From a virus (Duplodnaviria > Caudoviricetes): a stretch of 54,565 bases of DNA. The stretch lies in IMG/VR virus record IMGVR_UViG_3300010388_000206, positions 1 through 54,565 of that record; one strand, 5' to 3'. This document shows positions 8,970 through 18,343 of this stretch, in pieces; positions within the stretch are counted from its first letter, which is position 1; the number at the start of each line of letters is the position of its first letter. A program made the position numbers and the translations under genes. Below the pieces are notes generated by a model. The model saw only the letters and a program-made list of their open reading frames with translations, was not told the origin of the DNA and made no database searches.

Positions 8970-10076
8970 ATGTCACTAATGGACAGACTAAAGAAAACAT
9001 CTACAATTAAAGACAGCGCAATGTTGTCAAAGTCAAAGTTCTTCACAAAGAAGGACATGATCCCCACACCAATTCCAGCAATCAATATCGCATTATCTGG
9101 TAGCCTAGACGGTGGTCTAGCGCCGGGTCTTACTATGTGGGCTGGTCCATCAAAGCACTTCAAGACAGCATTCTCGCTGCTTATGGCGAAGTCCTACATG
9201 GACAAGTATCCTGATTCTGTGCTACTGTTCTATGACAGTGAATTTGGTACTCCACAAGCATACTTCGAATCATTCGGTATTGACATGGATCGTGTGCTAC
9301 ACACACCAATCACCGATATTGAACTATTGAAGTTCGACTGTATGAAGCAAATCGAAGGTATTGAACGTGATGAACGTGTTATCATCATCATCGATTCTAT
9401 CGGCAATCTTGCTTCAAAGAAGGAAGTTGAAGACGCACTTGACGGTAAGTCAACAACTGACATGACACGTGCTAAGCAGCTAAAGTCATTCTTCCGTATG
9501 GTCACTCCACACCTTACAATCAAGGACATTCCTATGATTGCGGTGAACCATACCTACAAGACGCTTGAGATGTACGCTAAGGACGTTGTAGGCGGCGGTA
9601 CTGGTTCGTACTACTCAGCCGATAACATCTTCATCATTGGTCGCCAACAGGAGAAGGACAACAAGAAGGAACTTCTTGGCTACAACTTCATCATCAATGT
9701 TGAGAAGAGCCGCTACGTGCGTGAGAAGTCAAAAATCCCTGTTACCGTCCTTCATGAAGGTGGTATTTCAAAGTGGTCTGGTCTGCTTGACATGGCAGAA
9801 GAATCAGGCCATATCGCAAAGACCAAGATTGGTAACAGTACTGCTTACGCCAAGGTCGATATGAAGACAGGCGTGATTGACGAAGAAAACAAGGTAAAGT
9901 CTGAAGCTACAAACACTTCAGCTTTCTGGCTTCCTATCCTAAAGGATAAGAGCTTCCGTGATTTCGTTGAGAAGAAGTATAGTGTTGCCCATGGTGATAT
10001 CATTCAAGAAGAAGATGATGTTGTTTCTGTGATCAGTAGTATTGATGACGAAGAAGAAGCAGTTACTTCAGAATAA
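8970..10076 (+). CDS. uvsX: RecA-like recombinase UvsX
   Basis: AGPSKHFKT Walker A, YDSEFG, IIIDSIGNLASKKE. Confidence 0.96.
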   Translation: MSLMDRLKKTSTIKDSAMLSKSKFFTKKDMIPTPIPAINIALSGSLDGGLAPGLTMWAGPSKHFKTAFSLLMAKSYMDKYPDSVLLFYDSEFGTPQAYFESFGIDMDRVLHTPITDIELLKFDCMKQIEGIERDERVIIIIDSIGNLASKKEVEDALDGKSTTDMTRAKQLKSFFRMVTPHLTIKDIPMIAVNHTYKTLEMYAKDVVGGGTGSYYSADNIFIIGRQQEKDNKKELLGYNFIINVEKSRYVREKSKIPVTVLHEGGISKWSGLLDMAEESGHIAKTKIGNSTAYAKVDMKTGVIDEENKVKSEATNTSAFWLPILKDKSFRDFVEKKYSVAHGDIIQEEDDVVSVISSIDDEEEAVTSE

Positions 10077-10087
10077 TGATTGACTAA

Positions 10088-10121
10088 AACGACAGGTGTT
10101 GTTAACTCAGCACCTGTCGTT
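10088..10121. other. 14-bp stem-loop between uvsX and the helicase gene
   Basis: AACGACAGGTGTTG-ttaact-CAGCACCTGTCGTT; no U-tract on the + strand. Confidence 0.6.
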
Positions 10122-10152
10122 ACCTTCTGTAACACATACTATAAGGAATACC

Positions 10153-11535
10153 ATGTCAATTGAAAGTATGATTTTTAACAACCTAATCAACAACGAAGAT
10201 TATGGTCGTAAAGTAATCCCCTTCCTAAAAACAGAATATTTTCAAGATAGAAATGATCAGGTCATATTTGATCTGATCAACAACTATGTTGCATCCTACA
10301 ATGCTTTCCCTACCAAGGAAGTGTTGATGATTGATCTGTCAAACTACAAGGGCATTTCAGACGATCAGTTTACAGCGTGTAAGACTGCTATTGGTGAAAT
10401 TCCAAATCAGTCTGATAGTATGTCAAAGGTAGATTGGCTAGTCGATAAGACAGAAGAATTCTGTAAAGAGAAGGCTATCTACAATGCCATCTTAAAGTCT
10501 ATTGAAATCATAGGTGACAAGTCTGGTACCCTATCAGTAGGGTCTATTCCCGATACCTTGGCACAAGCTTTGGCGGTATCATTTGATACTTCTATTGGTC
10601 ACGATTTTCTTACAGACACAGATTCTCGTTTTGAATTCTATCACCGTAAGGAAGAACGCATTCCTTTCGATTTGGAATATCTTAACAAGATTACCAAGGG
10701 CGGATTGCCTCGTAAGACGCTAAACGTTATCCTTGCTGGTACTGGTGTCGGTAAGTCATTGGCTATGTGCCATATGGCTTCTGCTAATCTGGTTGCTGGT
10801 AAGAATGTTCTCTACATCACCATGGAAATGGCTGAAGAGAAGATTGCAGAACGTATCGATGCGAACCTATTGAATGTGCCATTGGATCAACTATATGATA
10901 TTCCAAAGGATTTATATGATAAAAAGATCAACAGACTTCGTGAGAAAACAGTTGGTAAGCTTATCATCAAGGAATATCCGACTGCATGTGCTGGTTCTGC
11001 GAATTTCCGCCATCTTCTAAATGAACTGAAGATCAAGAGAAACTTCGTACCAGATATTATCTATATCGATTATCTCAATATCTGTAGTTCTTCACGTATG
11101 AAGCAAGGTGCAGGGGTTAACTCATACACCTACATCAAGGCGATTGCTGAAGAACTTCGTGGTCTAGCGGTGGAATTCAATGTTCCTATCGTGACAGCCA
11201 CACAGACAACACGTGGTGGTTTTGACAACAGTGATGTTGGACTAACTGACACTTCCGAATCCTTTGGTTTGCCAGCAACGGCTGACCTTATGATTGCGTT
11301 GATTTCAACAGACGAACTTAAACAGTTGAACCAGATTATGGTGAAGCAGTTGAAGAATCGTTATGCTGATCCTGAAATGTACAAGCGTTTCGTTATTGGT
11401 GTTGACAAATCACGTATGAAGCTATATGATGCTGAGCAATCTGCACAAGACGATCTTGTAAATGATGCAGTTGCTCCTGATACAGCTTTCGGTCAAAGAG
11501 CAAGTAAGAAGCCATCGTTTAACGATTTCAAGTAA
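10153..11535 (+). CDS. 41: replicative DnaB-like helicase (T4 gp41)
   Basis: AGTGVGKS, ITMEMAE, IDYLNI, SESFGLPATAD, KQLKNRY; start at 10153 after AAGGA. Confidence 0.96.
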   Translation: MSIESMIFNNLINNEDYGRKVIPFLKTEYFQDRNDQVIFDLINNYVASYNAFPTKEVLMIDLSNYKGISDDQFTACKTAIGEIPNQSDSMSKVDWLVDKTEEFCKEKAIYNAILKSIEIIGDKSGTLSVGSIPDTLAQALAVSFDTSIGHDFLTDTDSRFEFYHRKEERIPFDLEYLNKITKGGLPRKTLNVILAGTGVGKSLAMCHMASANLVAGKNVLYITMEMAEEKIAERIDANLLNVPLDQLYDIPKDLYDKKINRLREKTVGKLIIKEYPTACAGSANFRHLLNELKIKRNFVPDIIYIDYLNICSSSRMKQGAGVNSYTYIKAIAEELRGLAVEFNVPIVTATQTTRGGFDNSDVGLTDTSESFGLPATADLMIALISTDELKQLNQIMVKQLKNRYADPEMYKRFVIGVDKSRMKLYDAEQSAQDDLVNDAVAPDTAFGQRASKKPSFNDFK

Positions 11536-11544
11536 GGATAAAAA

Positions 11545-11757
11545 ATGAACTATAAGTTGGTTGACAATGAAGAAATGCTGATTGAAGGCGAATATATGTT
11601 TCGCACTTGGGATTTGGTTGAGATTCAAACAGGAATACCTATCAAGACTTCTTTGAAGAAAGAAGAGGCAAGGGCAATGTTGCGTCACTTGAATATGGGT
11701 GGCGCATTTGATGGCTTCACTCCACAGTTTTTCTGTCAATCACTTAAAGACAATTGA
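11545..11757 (+). CDS. hypothetical phage protein
   Basis: AAGGA RBS; LNMGGAFDGFTPQFF C-terminus. Confidence 0.75.
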   Translation: MNYKLVDNEEMLIEGEYMFRTWDLVEIQTGIPIKTSLKKEEARAMLRHLNMGGAFDGFTPQFFCQSLKDN

Positions 11758-11768
11758 AAGGAAATATA

Positions 11769-12056
11769 ATGCTTTTTGAAATTCCGTACAAGACAGGAGA
11801 TACAGTCACACTGAAGCTTATCTCTGGTGAAGAAGTAGTTGGGCGCATTGGTGATCCGACTGATGGACAGATTGTCCTTACCAAGCCAATGACCTTTATC
11901 ATGGGTCCACAGGGTCTTGGTATGGTACCATATGTGTTCTCTGCTCCACAAGATGCAAAGATCAAGCTCAAGGATAGTGCTGTTGTTGCTATCGTCAAGA
12001 CAGACGAACAGATAAACAAGCAGTATCTACAACAGACTACTGGTCTAACTCTATAA
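11769..12056 (+). CDS. hypothetical protein, possible Sm-like fold
   Basis: GDTVTLKLISGEEVVG beta-strand pattern. Confidence 0.6.
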   Translation: MLFEIPYKTGDTVTLKLISGEEVVGRIGDPTDGQIVLTKPMTFIMGPQGLGMVPYVFSAPQDAKIKLKDSAVVAIVKTDEQINKQYLQQTTGLTL

Positions 12057-12063
12057 AAAACTA

Positions 12064-12092
12064 TTGACAGTTCCTTTCGAATCACCTATAGC
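12064..12092 (+). promoter_or_regulatory. sigma70-type promoter with CGAATCA in the spacer
   Basis: TTGACA-17-TATAGC. Confidence 0.7.
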
Positions 12093-12121
12093 AGGATCAA
12101 CGAAACGAAAGGAACTGTCAA
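12064..12121. repeat. perfect 16-bp inverted repeat covering the -35 box and the downstream RBS
   Basis: TTGACAGTTCCTTTCG / CGAAAGGAACTGTCAA. Confidence 0.85.
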
Positions 12122-12400
12122 ATGACCATCGAAATTCGCACCTCGGATTGCTCGTTTGTTAAATCAAACAAGGCTCTTTATGCTTCTGCACAAATGGAAG
12201 GGCTTGGTATTTCTGGACGGGGATATCCTAAGCAACTTTTTGTTACTTCTGATGTTACTGGTCGTTCTGTAAAGTTCGTTGCTATCAAAGAAGGTCATCC
12301 TCGTTTTGATTATGATTTCTGGGACGGTGAGATGGCTATCTATGAGCCTGTGATCGCTCTTCCCAATGTTGACATTCTGGTTATTAGTTATGGTATGTGA
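12122..12400 (+). CDS. hypothetical early protein
   Basis: Follows the promoter and AAGGA RBS. Confidence 0.75.
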   Translation: MTIEIRTSDCSFVKSNKALYASAQMEGLGISGRGYPKQLFVTSDVTGRSVKFVAIKEGHPRFDYDFWDGEMAIYEPVIALPNVDILVISYGM

Positions 12401-12800
12401 GAAGTACTTCAAGGTACTACAGAAAGTAGCTGAAGCCGTGGAGCCTGTGTCTAGAAGTAGACAGAGGCTTTCGGCATGTTTGGTCTACAAGAATGAGATT
12501 ATCGGGATGGGCTTCAACAAAAAGAAGTCGCATCCCTTTCAGCGTAAGTTCGCTAAACATGAAGAAGCTATCTATCTTCATGCTGAGATTGACGCTATCA
12601 AGAATGCACTGAAGGTTGTAGACGCTGAAACGATCAGCAAAAGCACCCTGTATGTTATGCGAGTGAAATACGAAGACACGAATGCAAAGAAGTTTGTGCG
12701 TGGTATGTCTAAGCCTTGCGAAGGGTGTGCACGTGCGATTGCACAGTTTGGTATCAAGAAGGTGTACTACACCACAGAAGAAGGATTTGATTATTTATGA
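12390..12800 (+). CDS. cytidine/deoxycytidylate deaminase-family protein
   Basis: HAEIDAI and SKPCEGC zinc motifs, GIKKVYY; start uncertain. Confidence 0.85.
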   Translation: MVCEKYFKVLQKVAEAVEPVSRSRQRLSACLVYKNEIIGMGFNKKKSHPFQRKFAKHEEAIYLHAEIDAIKNALKVVDAETISKSTLYVMRVKYEDTNAKKFVRGMSKPCEGCARAIAQFGIKKVYYTTEEGFDYL

Positions 12801-13432
12801 ATATACCTAAAAGTAGAAGCATTCCAGTAGAATATATCAAAGAATGCTTTGAATATCGTGAAGAAGAAGTTGATGGCGTTCTTCAAGGAAACGTGTATTG
12901 GAAGAATCGTGAAGATTTACCAAACTGGTGGAATACAAAATATACTGGTAAAAGGATTAAAAATATTACCACTAATGGATATTATGCAGTATCAATAAGA
13001 TACAATAATCTATCATGTCCTGTATCAATTCATACAATTATTTGGATTCTTAATCATGGTTGTTATCCGGATGATATGCTTGATCATAAAGATAACAATA
13101 GATTAAATAATCTTATATCTAATCTTAGACCAGCAGATGCATATTTAAACAATCTTAATACTCCCCCAATTTCAAATAGGCAAAGCCAATACAAAGGCGT
13201 AACTTTTACAAAAGATAAATTTAAGTGGCGTGTTAAATATAGTTTAAATGGAAAACTAAATCATGTTGGTTATTTTGTTGATGAACTAGAAGCAGCACTT
13301 GCTTATAATCAAGCAATCTCAAAGGTTCATAATACAGAGTATGCTTATATGAATGACATAAGTATGGGGTACACCAATCAAGTATATCCAAATATGCCCA
13401 GACATTATGAACCAGAAAAGGTAGCAGCATGA
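12797..13432 (+). CDS. HNH homing endonuclease with AP2 domain
   Basis: LDHKDNNRLNNLISNLR; SQYKGV...W...HVGYF...EAALAYN; AT-rich. Confidence 0.9.
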   Translation: MNIPKSRSIPVEYIKECFEYREEEVDGVLQGNVYWKNREDLPNWWNTKYTGKRIKNITTNGYYAVSIRYNNLSCPVSIHTIIWILNHGCYPDDMLDHKDNNRLNNLISNLRPADAYLNNLNTPPISNRQSQYKGVTFTKDKFKWRVKYSLNGKLNHVGYFVDELEAALAYNQAISKVHNTEYAYMNDISMGYTNQVYPNMPRHYEPEKVAA

Positions 13433-14253
13433 AGAATTTGATCATCGGTGGTTACACAAACTACCAGTACGACTTGATTAAGCCATGGGTAAAGTCCATT
13501 GGTGAAGTGTGTGATCCAGAGACAACCGACAAGGTAATGGTCGTTGGCAACACTACACAGGAAGCAATTGATGCGCTAACTGCTGATGGATGGATTCTCG
13601 TCCCTATGGCAGAAGGACAGCCACACGTGGTTCGTTTCTTCAGCATCTTTGACTATCTCAAGGACAACTGGCATAAGTACGAGTATGTTGTAACCACTGA
13701 TGTTCGTGACGTTATCTTTCAGGCTGATCCTTTCCAGTATTTAAAGGATGAACTTGGTCCACTAGGAATGGGATTTGGTCTTGTATGTGGCTCTGAGAGT
13801 ATTCAGTACAAGAATGAACCATGGGGCGATGAGAACCTTCTACAGTGCTATGGTCCTTATATCCATGCCCTATATAGGGACAAGGAAATCTATAATGTAG
13901 GTGTCCTTGGTGGTCGTTCTGAGTACGTCAAAGACTTGGTGCTCAACATTGCTATCAACTCTGTCAATCGTCCTATTCCGATTGTTGATCAAGCTGTTTT
14001 CAACATGCTTATGAACACACAGCCATATCAGGATTCAGTGTTCTTTGCAAGACAGGAAAACGCATGGGCATGTCAGGCTGGCACTGTTGCTGATCCTCGC
14101 CGTATGGATGAATTCCGTCCACACCTGCTAGAACCAGAACCAGTTTGGAAAGACGGTAAGGTGTACACATGGAATGGTGCGCTCTTTACAATCGTTCACC
14201 AGTATGATAGAGTTCCTGAATGGAATAAGGTGATTCAAGAAAGATATAAATGA
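13429..14253 (+). CDS. putative glycosyltransferase (GT-A-like)
   Basis: TDVRDVIFQADPF DxxD motif, YNVGVLGG, DQAVFN, HQYDR. Confidence 0.65.
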   Translation: MKNLIIGGYTNYQYDLIKPWVKSIGEVCDPETTDKVMVVGNTTQEAIDALTADGWILVPMAEGQPHVVRFFSIFDYLKDNWHKYEYVVTTDVRDVIFQADPFQYLKDELGPLGMGFGLVCGSESIQYKNEPWGDENLLQCYGPYIHALYRDKEIYNVGVLGGRSEYVKDLVLNIAINSVNRPIPIVDQAVFNMLMNTQPYQDSVFFARQENAWACQAGTVADPRRMDEFRPHLLEPEPVWKDGKVYTWNGALFTIVHQYDRVPEWNKVIQERYK

Positions 14254-15185
14254 TGGAAGTTTTGGTTATTGGTGGTTGTGGCTTCATTGGTTCGCATGTT
14301 GTTGATCGTCTCAAGATAGAAGGTCACAACGTGCGTATTGCTACACGCAACATTAAGAATATGACAGAGGACACTGTATACGTACCTAGATGGGGTAATC
14401 CTCGTACTGAAGACGTTACTATGTGTCTAGATGCACTTGACGGTGTAGATGGAGTCATTCATCTTGGATGTTCTTCTGTGCCGTCATCTTCCATCAATGA
14501 TCCTGTATCTGACATTCAAGATAATCTTTTCTCAACCATTCATCTACTAGAACTTATGCGTAAGAAGGGTGTAGACAATCTTGTCTATATGTCATCTGGC
14601 GGTGCAATTTATGGTAGTAGTATTTTGGCGATGGGCGAAAGTTATCCTTTAAATCCCCATAGTTCTTACGGAATTGTCAAGGCTACTTGTGAAAAGCATA
14701 TCCTGTTGGAATCAAGACTTCATGGATTGATCCCAACTATTCTTCGTCCATCAAATGTATATGGTCCTCGTCAAAAGGCTGGCGCACAAGGAATCATTGG
14801 CAACTTCCTATGGAATATTGCTAACGATAAGCCATGTGAAATCTTCGGTGATGGTAATAACGTTCGTGATTATATCTATGTAGAAGATGTTGCTCGTGCA
14901 TGTGTGTATGCACTTAATGGAAACAGCAACTACGGTAGAACCGCTGGTATCTACAATATAAGTAGTGGTGTGGGCCATAGCATCAATGAATTACTTCCCA
15001 TGATTGGAAAGGTTGTTGATAAGCCAGTTTCATTTGTGTATCGTGATGGTAGAAACTTTGATATCAGAAAAGTTATTCTCGAAAACGAAAAAGCAAAAAT
15101 TAACTTGGATTGGCGACCAAAGATTGATTTGAAGGAAGGTCTACAGAAGACTTGGGAATGGATTCAGGAGAATAATGGTGAGTAA
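14250..15185 (+). CDS. NAD-dependent epimerase/dehydratase (GalE-like)
   Basis: GGCGFIG, SSGGAIYG, YGIVK (YxxxK), NVYGP, RDYIYV. Confidence 0.92.
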   Translation: MMEVLVIGGCGFIGSHVVDRLKIEGHNVRIATRNIKNMTEDTVYVPRWGNPRTEDVTMCLDALDGVDGVIHLGCSSVPSSSINDPVSDIQDNLFSTIHLLELMRKKGVDNLVYMSSGGAIYGSSILAMGESYPLNPHSSYGIVKATCEKHILLESRLHGLIPTILRPSNVYGPRQKAGAQGIIGNFLWNIANDKPCEIFGDGNNVRDYIYVEDVARACVYALNGNSNYGRTAGIYNISSGVGHSINELLPMIGKVVDKPVSFVYRDGRNFDIRKVILENEKAKINLDWRPKIDLKEGLQKTWEWIQENNGE

Positions 15186-16125
15186 GAAAGTTTTAATTAC
15201 TGGTGGTAATGGTCTAGTTGCTACCTATCTGATCAATCAAATCATTAAGGAAACAGATTGGACAATTCATACCACTGTACGCACTAACCTGAATAGATTG
15301 CTTGATGTTGATGCGACGGAGGATGAGGGTGATCGTGCCATTATCTCACAAAAATATCGTGAAGGTCAGCATTATGATATCATCATTCATCTAGCGGCTG
15401 CTACTGATGTTGGTCAATCGATTATTGATCCAATGAAGTTTGTTCGAGAAAATATTGTCGAGACAGCCAAGCTATTAGAGTTTGCTCGTACTATTCCAAA
15501 TCTTGAAAAGTTTATTTTCATTAGCAGTAATGAAGTGTTTGGTCCAGCACCTTCTGATGTAAACTATTCAGAACTTGATCCGCTCAATCCACACTCACCA
15601 TATTCTGGTACCAAGGCGGCGGCTGAACAGCTATGTATTTCTTACTACAATACCTATAAGCTTCCAATCGACATTGTTCGTACCATGAATATTTTTGGTG
15701 AACGTCAAAACCACAATAGGTTTTTCCCTGTTTGTGTTCGTAAGATTTTGAACGGTGAACAGATTGACGTATACGATAACTTCCGCACATACATTCATGC
15801 TGAAGACGTTGCTGATGGTATCATGTTTATCATCAAGGGAGAATTCTTTTATCCCAAGTATGAGCACGAAGGTTGCCACAGATACCATATCGTAGGCAAC
15901 GAAGAAGTTAGCAACATTCGTATCGTCAAGGCAATTGGTGCTGCATTAGGAATTGAACCAAACTACAAAGTGGTATTTGATGGTAGGGCAGGTTATGAAA
16001 ACCGCTACTCTATGTCTGGTGCTAAGCTATATAGTATGGGATGGAAGCCAAAAGCAACTTTGGCACAACGAATTGAACAGATGGCTGTATGGTCAAGTGA
16101 GAATAGGAAATGGCTTTATGACTGA
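15175..16125 (+). CDS. NDP-sugar 4,6-dehydratase (RmlB-like)
   Basis: TGGNGLVA, HLAA, SSNEVFG, PYSGTK, NIFGERQ. Confidence 0.85.
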   Translation: MVSKKVLITGGNGLVATYLINQIIKETDWTIHTTVRTNLNRLLDVDATEDEGDRAIISQKYREGQHYDIIIHLAAATDVGQSIIDPMKFVRENIVETAKLLEFARTIPNLEKFIFISSNEVFGPAPSDVNYSELDPLNPHSPYSGTKAAAEQLCISYYNTYKLPIDIVRTMNIFGERQNHNRFFPVCVRKILNGEQIDVYDNFRTYIHAEDVADGIMFIIKGEFFYPKYEHEGCHRYHIVGNEEVSNIRIVKAIGAALGIEPNYKVVFDGRAGYENRYSMSGAKLYSMGWKPKATLAQRIEQMAVWSSENRKWLYD

Positions 16126-16585
16126 AGATAGTAGTGTGATTTTATCGCCTGTACTGAATATGAGAGATGTTGAGACTGTCAGGCACCATAGAAATGCCTG
16201 TAGAGAATTCATGACACGCAACACAGATTATATTTCTGCTCAACAGCAATCAAAGTGGTTTGATGGTCTTGACAAGAATACCAATCGTCTGCTATTGCTG
16301 AACAAGATACATCACGGTGCTGTAGTCGAAGATATCGGCTATGGGTACATTCGTATAGAAAATAGTGAGGTTCTTCTCACTGGTGGTATCACAAGTAATG
16401 AACGTGGAAAAGGACATGGTTTCTTTCTTTTTGAAAGATTGGTCCTACACTCATTAAAATATGGCTTGCCAATCCGCCTTGAAGTGTTAAAGACTAACGC
16501 TGCTGGCATTGCTACATATAAGAAGGTTGGCTTCAAAGTCATCAGTGAAGATGAAAAAATTTATAAGATGGAGTATAATGTATGA
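16118..16585 (+). CDS. GNAT N-acetyltransferase (PseH-like)
   Basis: RGKGHG acetyl-CoA motif, LEVLKTN..GIATYKKVGF. Confidence 0.85.
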   Translation: MTEDSSVILSPVLNMRDVETVRHHRNACREFMTRNTDYISAQQQSKWFDGLDKNTNRLLLLNKIHHGAVVEDIGYGYIRIENSEVLLTGGITSNERGKGHGFFLFERLVLHSLKYGLPIRLEVLKTNAAGIATYKKVGFKVISEDEKIYKMEYNV

Positions 16586-17661
16586 TCCCACTATTTAAGG
16601 TACGTATGAACGAAGAAGCACCTAAGCTTCTTGAGCCTGTTCTACTATCAGGTTTCATTGGACAGGGACCAAAGGTTGAAGAGTTCGAAGACAAGCTTCA
16701 AGAATGGCTTGGCACCGAAACCCGTCCTGTTACAGTCAATTCATGCACCAATGCAATTGACCTTGCTCTAGAGCTTTGTGGGGTTGGTGTTGGTGATGAA
16801 GTTATCGCTACTCCACAGACATGCTTTGCTTCACAGGTTGGTGCTATCCATCGTGGGGCTATTTTGCGTTGGGCTGATATCGATCCTATTACTGGTCTGA
16901 TGGACCCTGATTCTGCTGCTAAGCTTGTCAACGAAAAGACCAAGGCAATCATCGCTGTCAATTGGGCTGGTCGTTTCTGTGATTTTGATGCTCTTGGCAA
17001 CCTTGGTGTTCCTGTCATTGAAGACGCTGCTCATACATGGGATACATTCTTAGTCGATGAATATATTCCACGTGGTGATTATATCTGCTATAGTCTTCAG
17101 GCAATCAAGTTCCTAACATCTGGTGATGGTGGTATTTTGATTTGTCCTAATAAGGAAAAGGAAGCAGAAGCACGTGTCCTTCGTTGGTTTGGTCTTGACC
17201 GCACCAAGAACGAATCATTCCGCTGCACACAGAACATCACAAGGGCTGGCTTCAAGTATCATATGAATGATATCAATGCCACTATCGGTCTTGCTAACTT
17301 GGAGGCTTCATTTGATTCTGTTTGTATGAGCCGCTTCAACGCATTTGAAATCATCACAAAGGTTGATAATCCAAATCTTATCATGCCATATTGGGATGAC
17401 GATTGTTCATATTGGCTGTTCTCCATGCACGTCCTGAATGGTCGCAAGGCAGAATTCCAGAAGTATCTAGAGGACAATGGAATTGCTAGCAGTCCTGTCC
17501 ACTATCGTAATGACCTATATGACTGCACTATTCGTTTTGCTGAAAGTGATCTACCCGGCGTGACTGAATTTGACAAGACACAGGTCTGTATTCCAAACGG
17601 TTGGTGGGTAGATGATACTGCACTAAACCACATCATTAAGGTGCTCAATGAATTTAAGTGA
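16582..17661 (+). CDS. DegT/DnrJ/EryC1/StrS PLP-dependent sugar aminotransferase
   Basis: QGPKVEEFE, NSCTNA, IEDAAH, SLQAIK..TSGDGG, GFKYHM. Confidence 0.95.
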   Translation: MIPLFKVRMNEEAPKLLEPVLLSGFIGQGPKVEEFEDKLQEWLGTETRPVTVNSCTNAIDLALELCGVGVGDEVIATPQTCFASQVGAIHRGAILRWADIDPITGLMDPDSAAKLVNEKTKAIIAVNWAGRFCDFDALGNLGVPVIEDAAHTWDTFLVDEYIPRGDYICYSLQAIKFLTSGDGGILICPNKEKEAEARVLRWFGLDRTKNESFRCTQNITRAGFKYHMNDINATIGLANLEASFDSVCMSRFNAFEIITKVDNPNLIMPYWDDDCSYWLFSMHVLNGRKAEFQKYLEDNGIASSPVHYRNDLYDCTIRFAESDLPGVTEFDKTQVCIPNGWWVDDTALNHIIKVLNEFK

Positions 17662-18334
17662 AATAGAATATATCGTATGCATTCCATCGGCACTCGCTCC
17701 TAATACAGGGGCGGTGCCTTTGGCAGAACGACTTGAACAGACTTTGGTTGGTATTGAATCGATCAGAGCTAAGTTCCCTAACGTCTTTATCATCCTAGCA
17801 GACTGTTCTGTTCTTCCTGCGAATGAACAACGTGAGATTGTGTCTAAGCAAGTTGATCTTTACATGGATCATTCGAACGTAGATATCAATCGACAGCTAA
17901 GTGAAGCTGGTCTCAAGAGCCATTCTGAGCTAATCATGTTCAATAGCATGTATAGCTGGATCAAGCAGAACCAAGAGAACTTTCCTAGCCTAAAGCGTAT
18001 CTTTAAGGTTGGTGGTCGTATGAAGGTATCAGATGAGTTTGATATCAAGGACTATGAAGGCGATAACGTCAAGGATAAGTATGTCTTCAAACATCCTCTA
18101 AACTCATGGATCAGTCCAGAGCTTATGCTATATGAGAACCGCCTATGGTCCCTTGACATTAGCTTGCTTGATGATTATCTTTCAAAGATTCAAGACATGT
18201 ACAACTCGTTTGATGGTCGCTTTGATATCGAACATACATACTACAAGCATCTTGACCCTGCCAATGTAGAGTTATTTGATGATGTTTGGGTTGAAGGTAT
18301 CATGGCACTTTATGGTACATTCGTAAAGGATTGA
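17648..18334 (+). CDS. hypothetical protein, probable glycosyltransferase-like
   Basis: Inside the sugar operon; ERLEQT...IESIR, IFKVGGR, DIEH. Confidence 0.55.
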   Translation: MNLSEIEYIVCIPSALAPNTGAVPLAERLEQTLVGIESIRAKFPNVFIILADCSVLPANEQREIVSKQVDLYMDHSNVDINRQLSEAGLKSHSELIMFNSMYSWIKQNQENFPSLKRIFKVGGRMKVSDEFDIKDYEGDNVKDKYVFKHPLNSWISPELMLYENRLWSLDISLLDDYLSKIQDMYNSFDGRFDIEHTYYKHLDPANVELFDDVWVEGIMALYGTFVKD

Positions 18335-18343
18335 TGACCAGAT

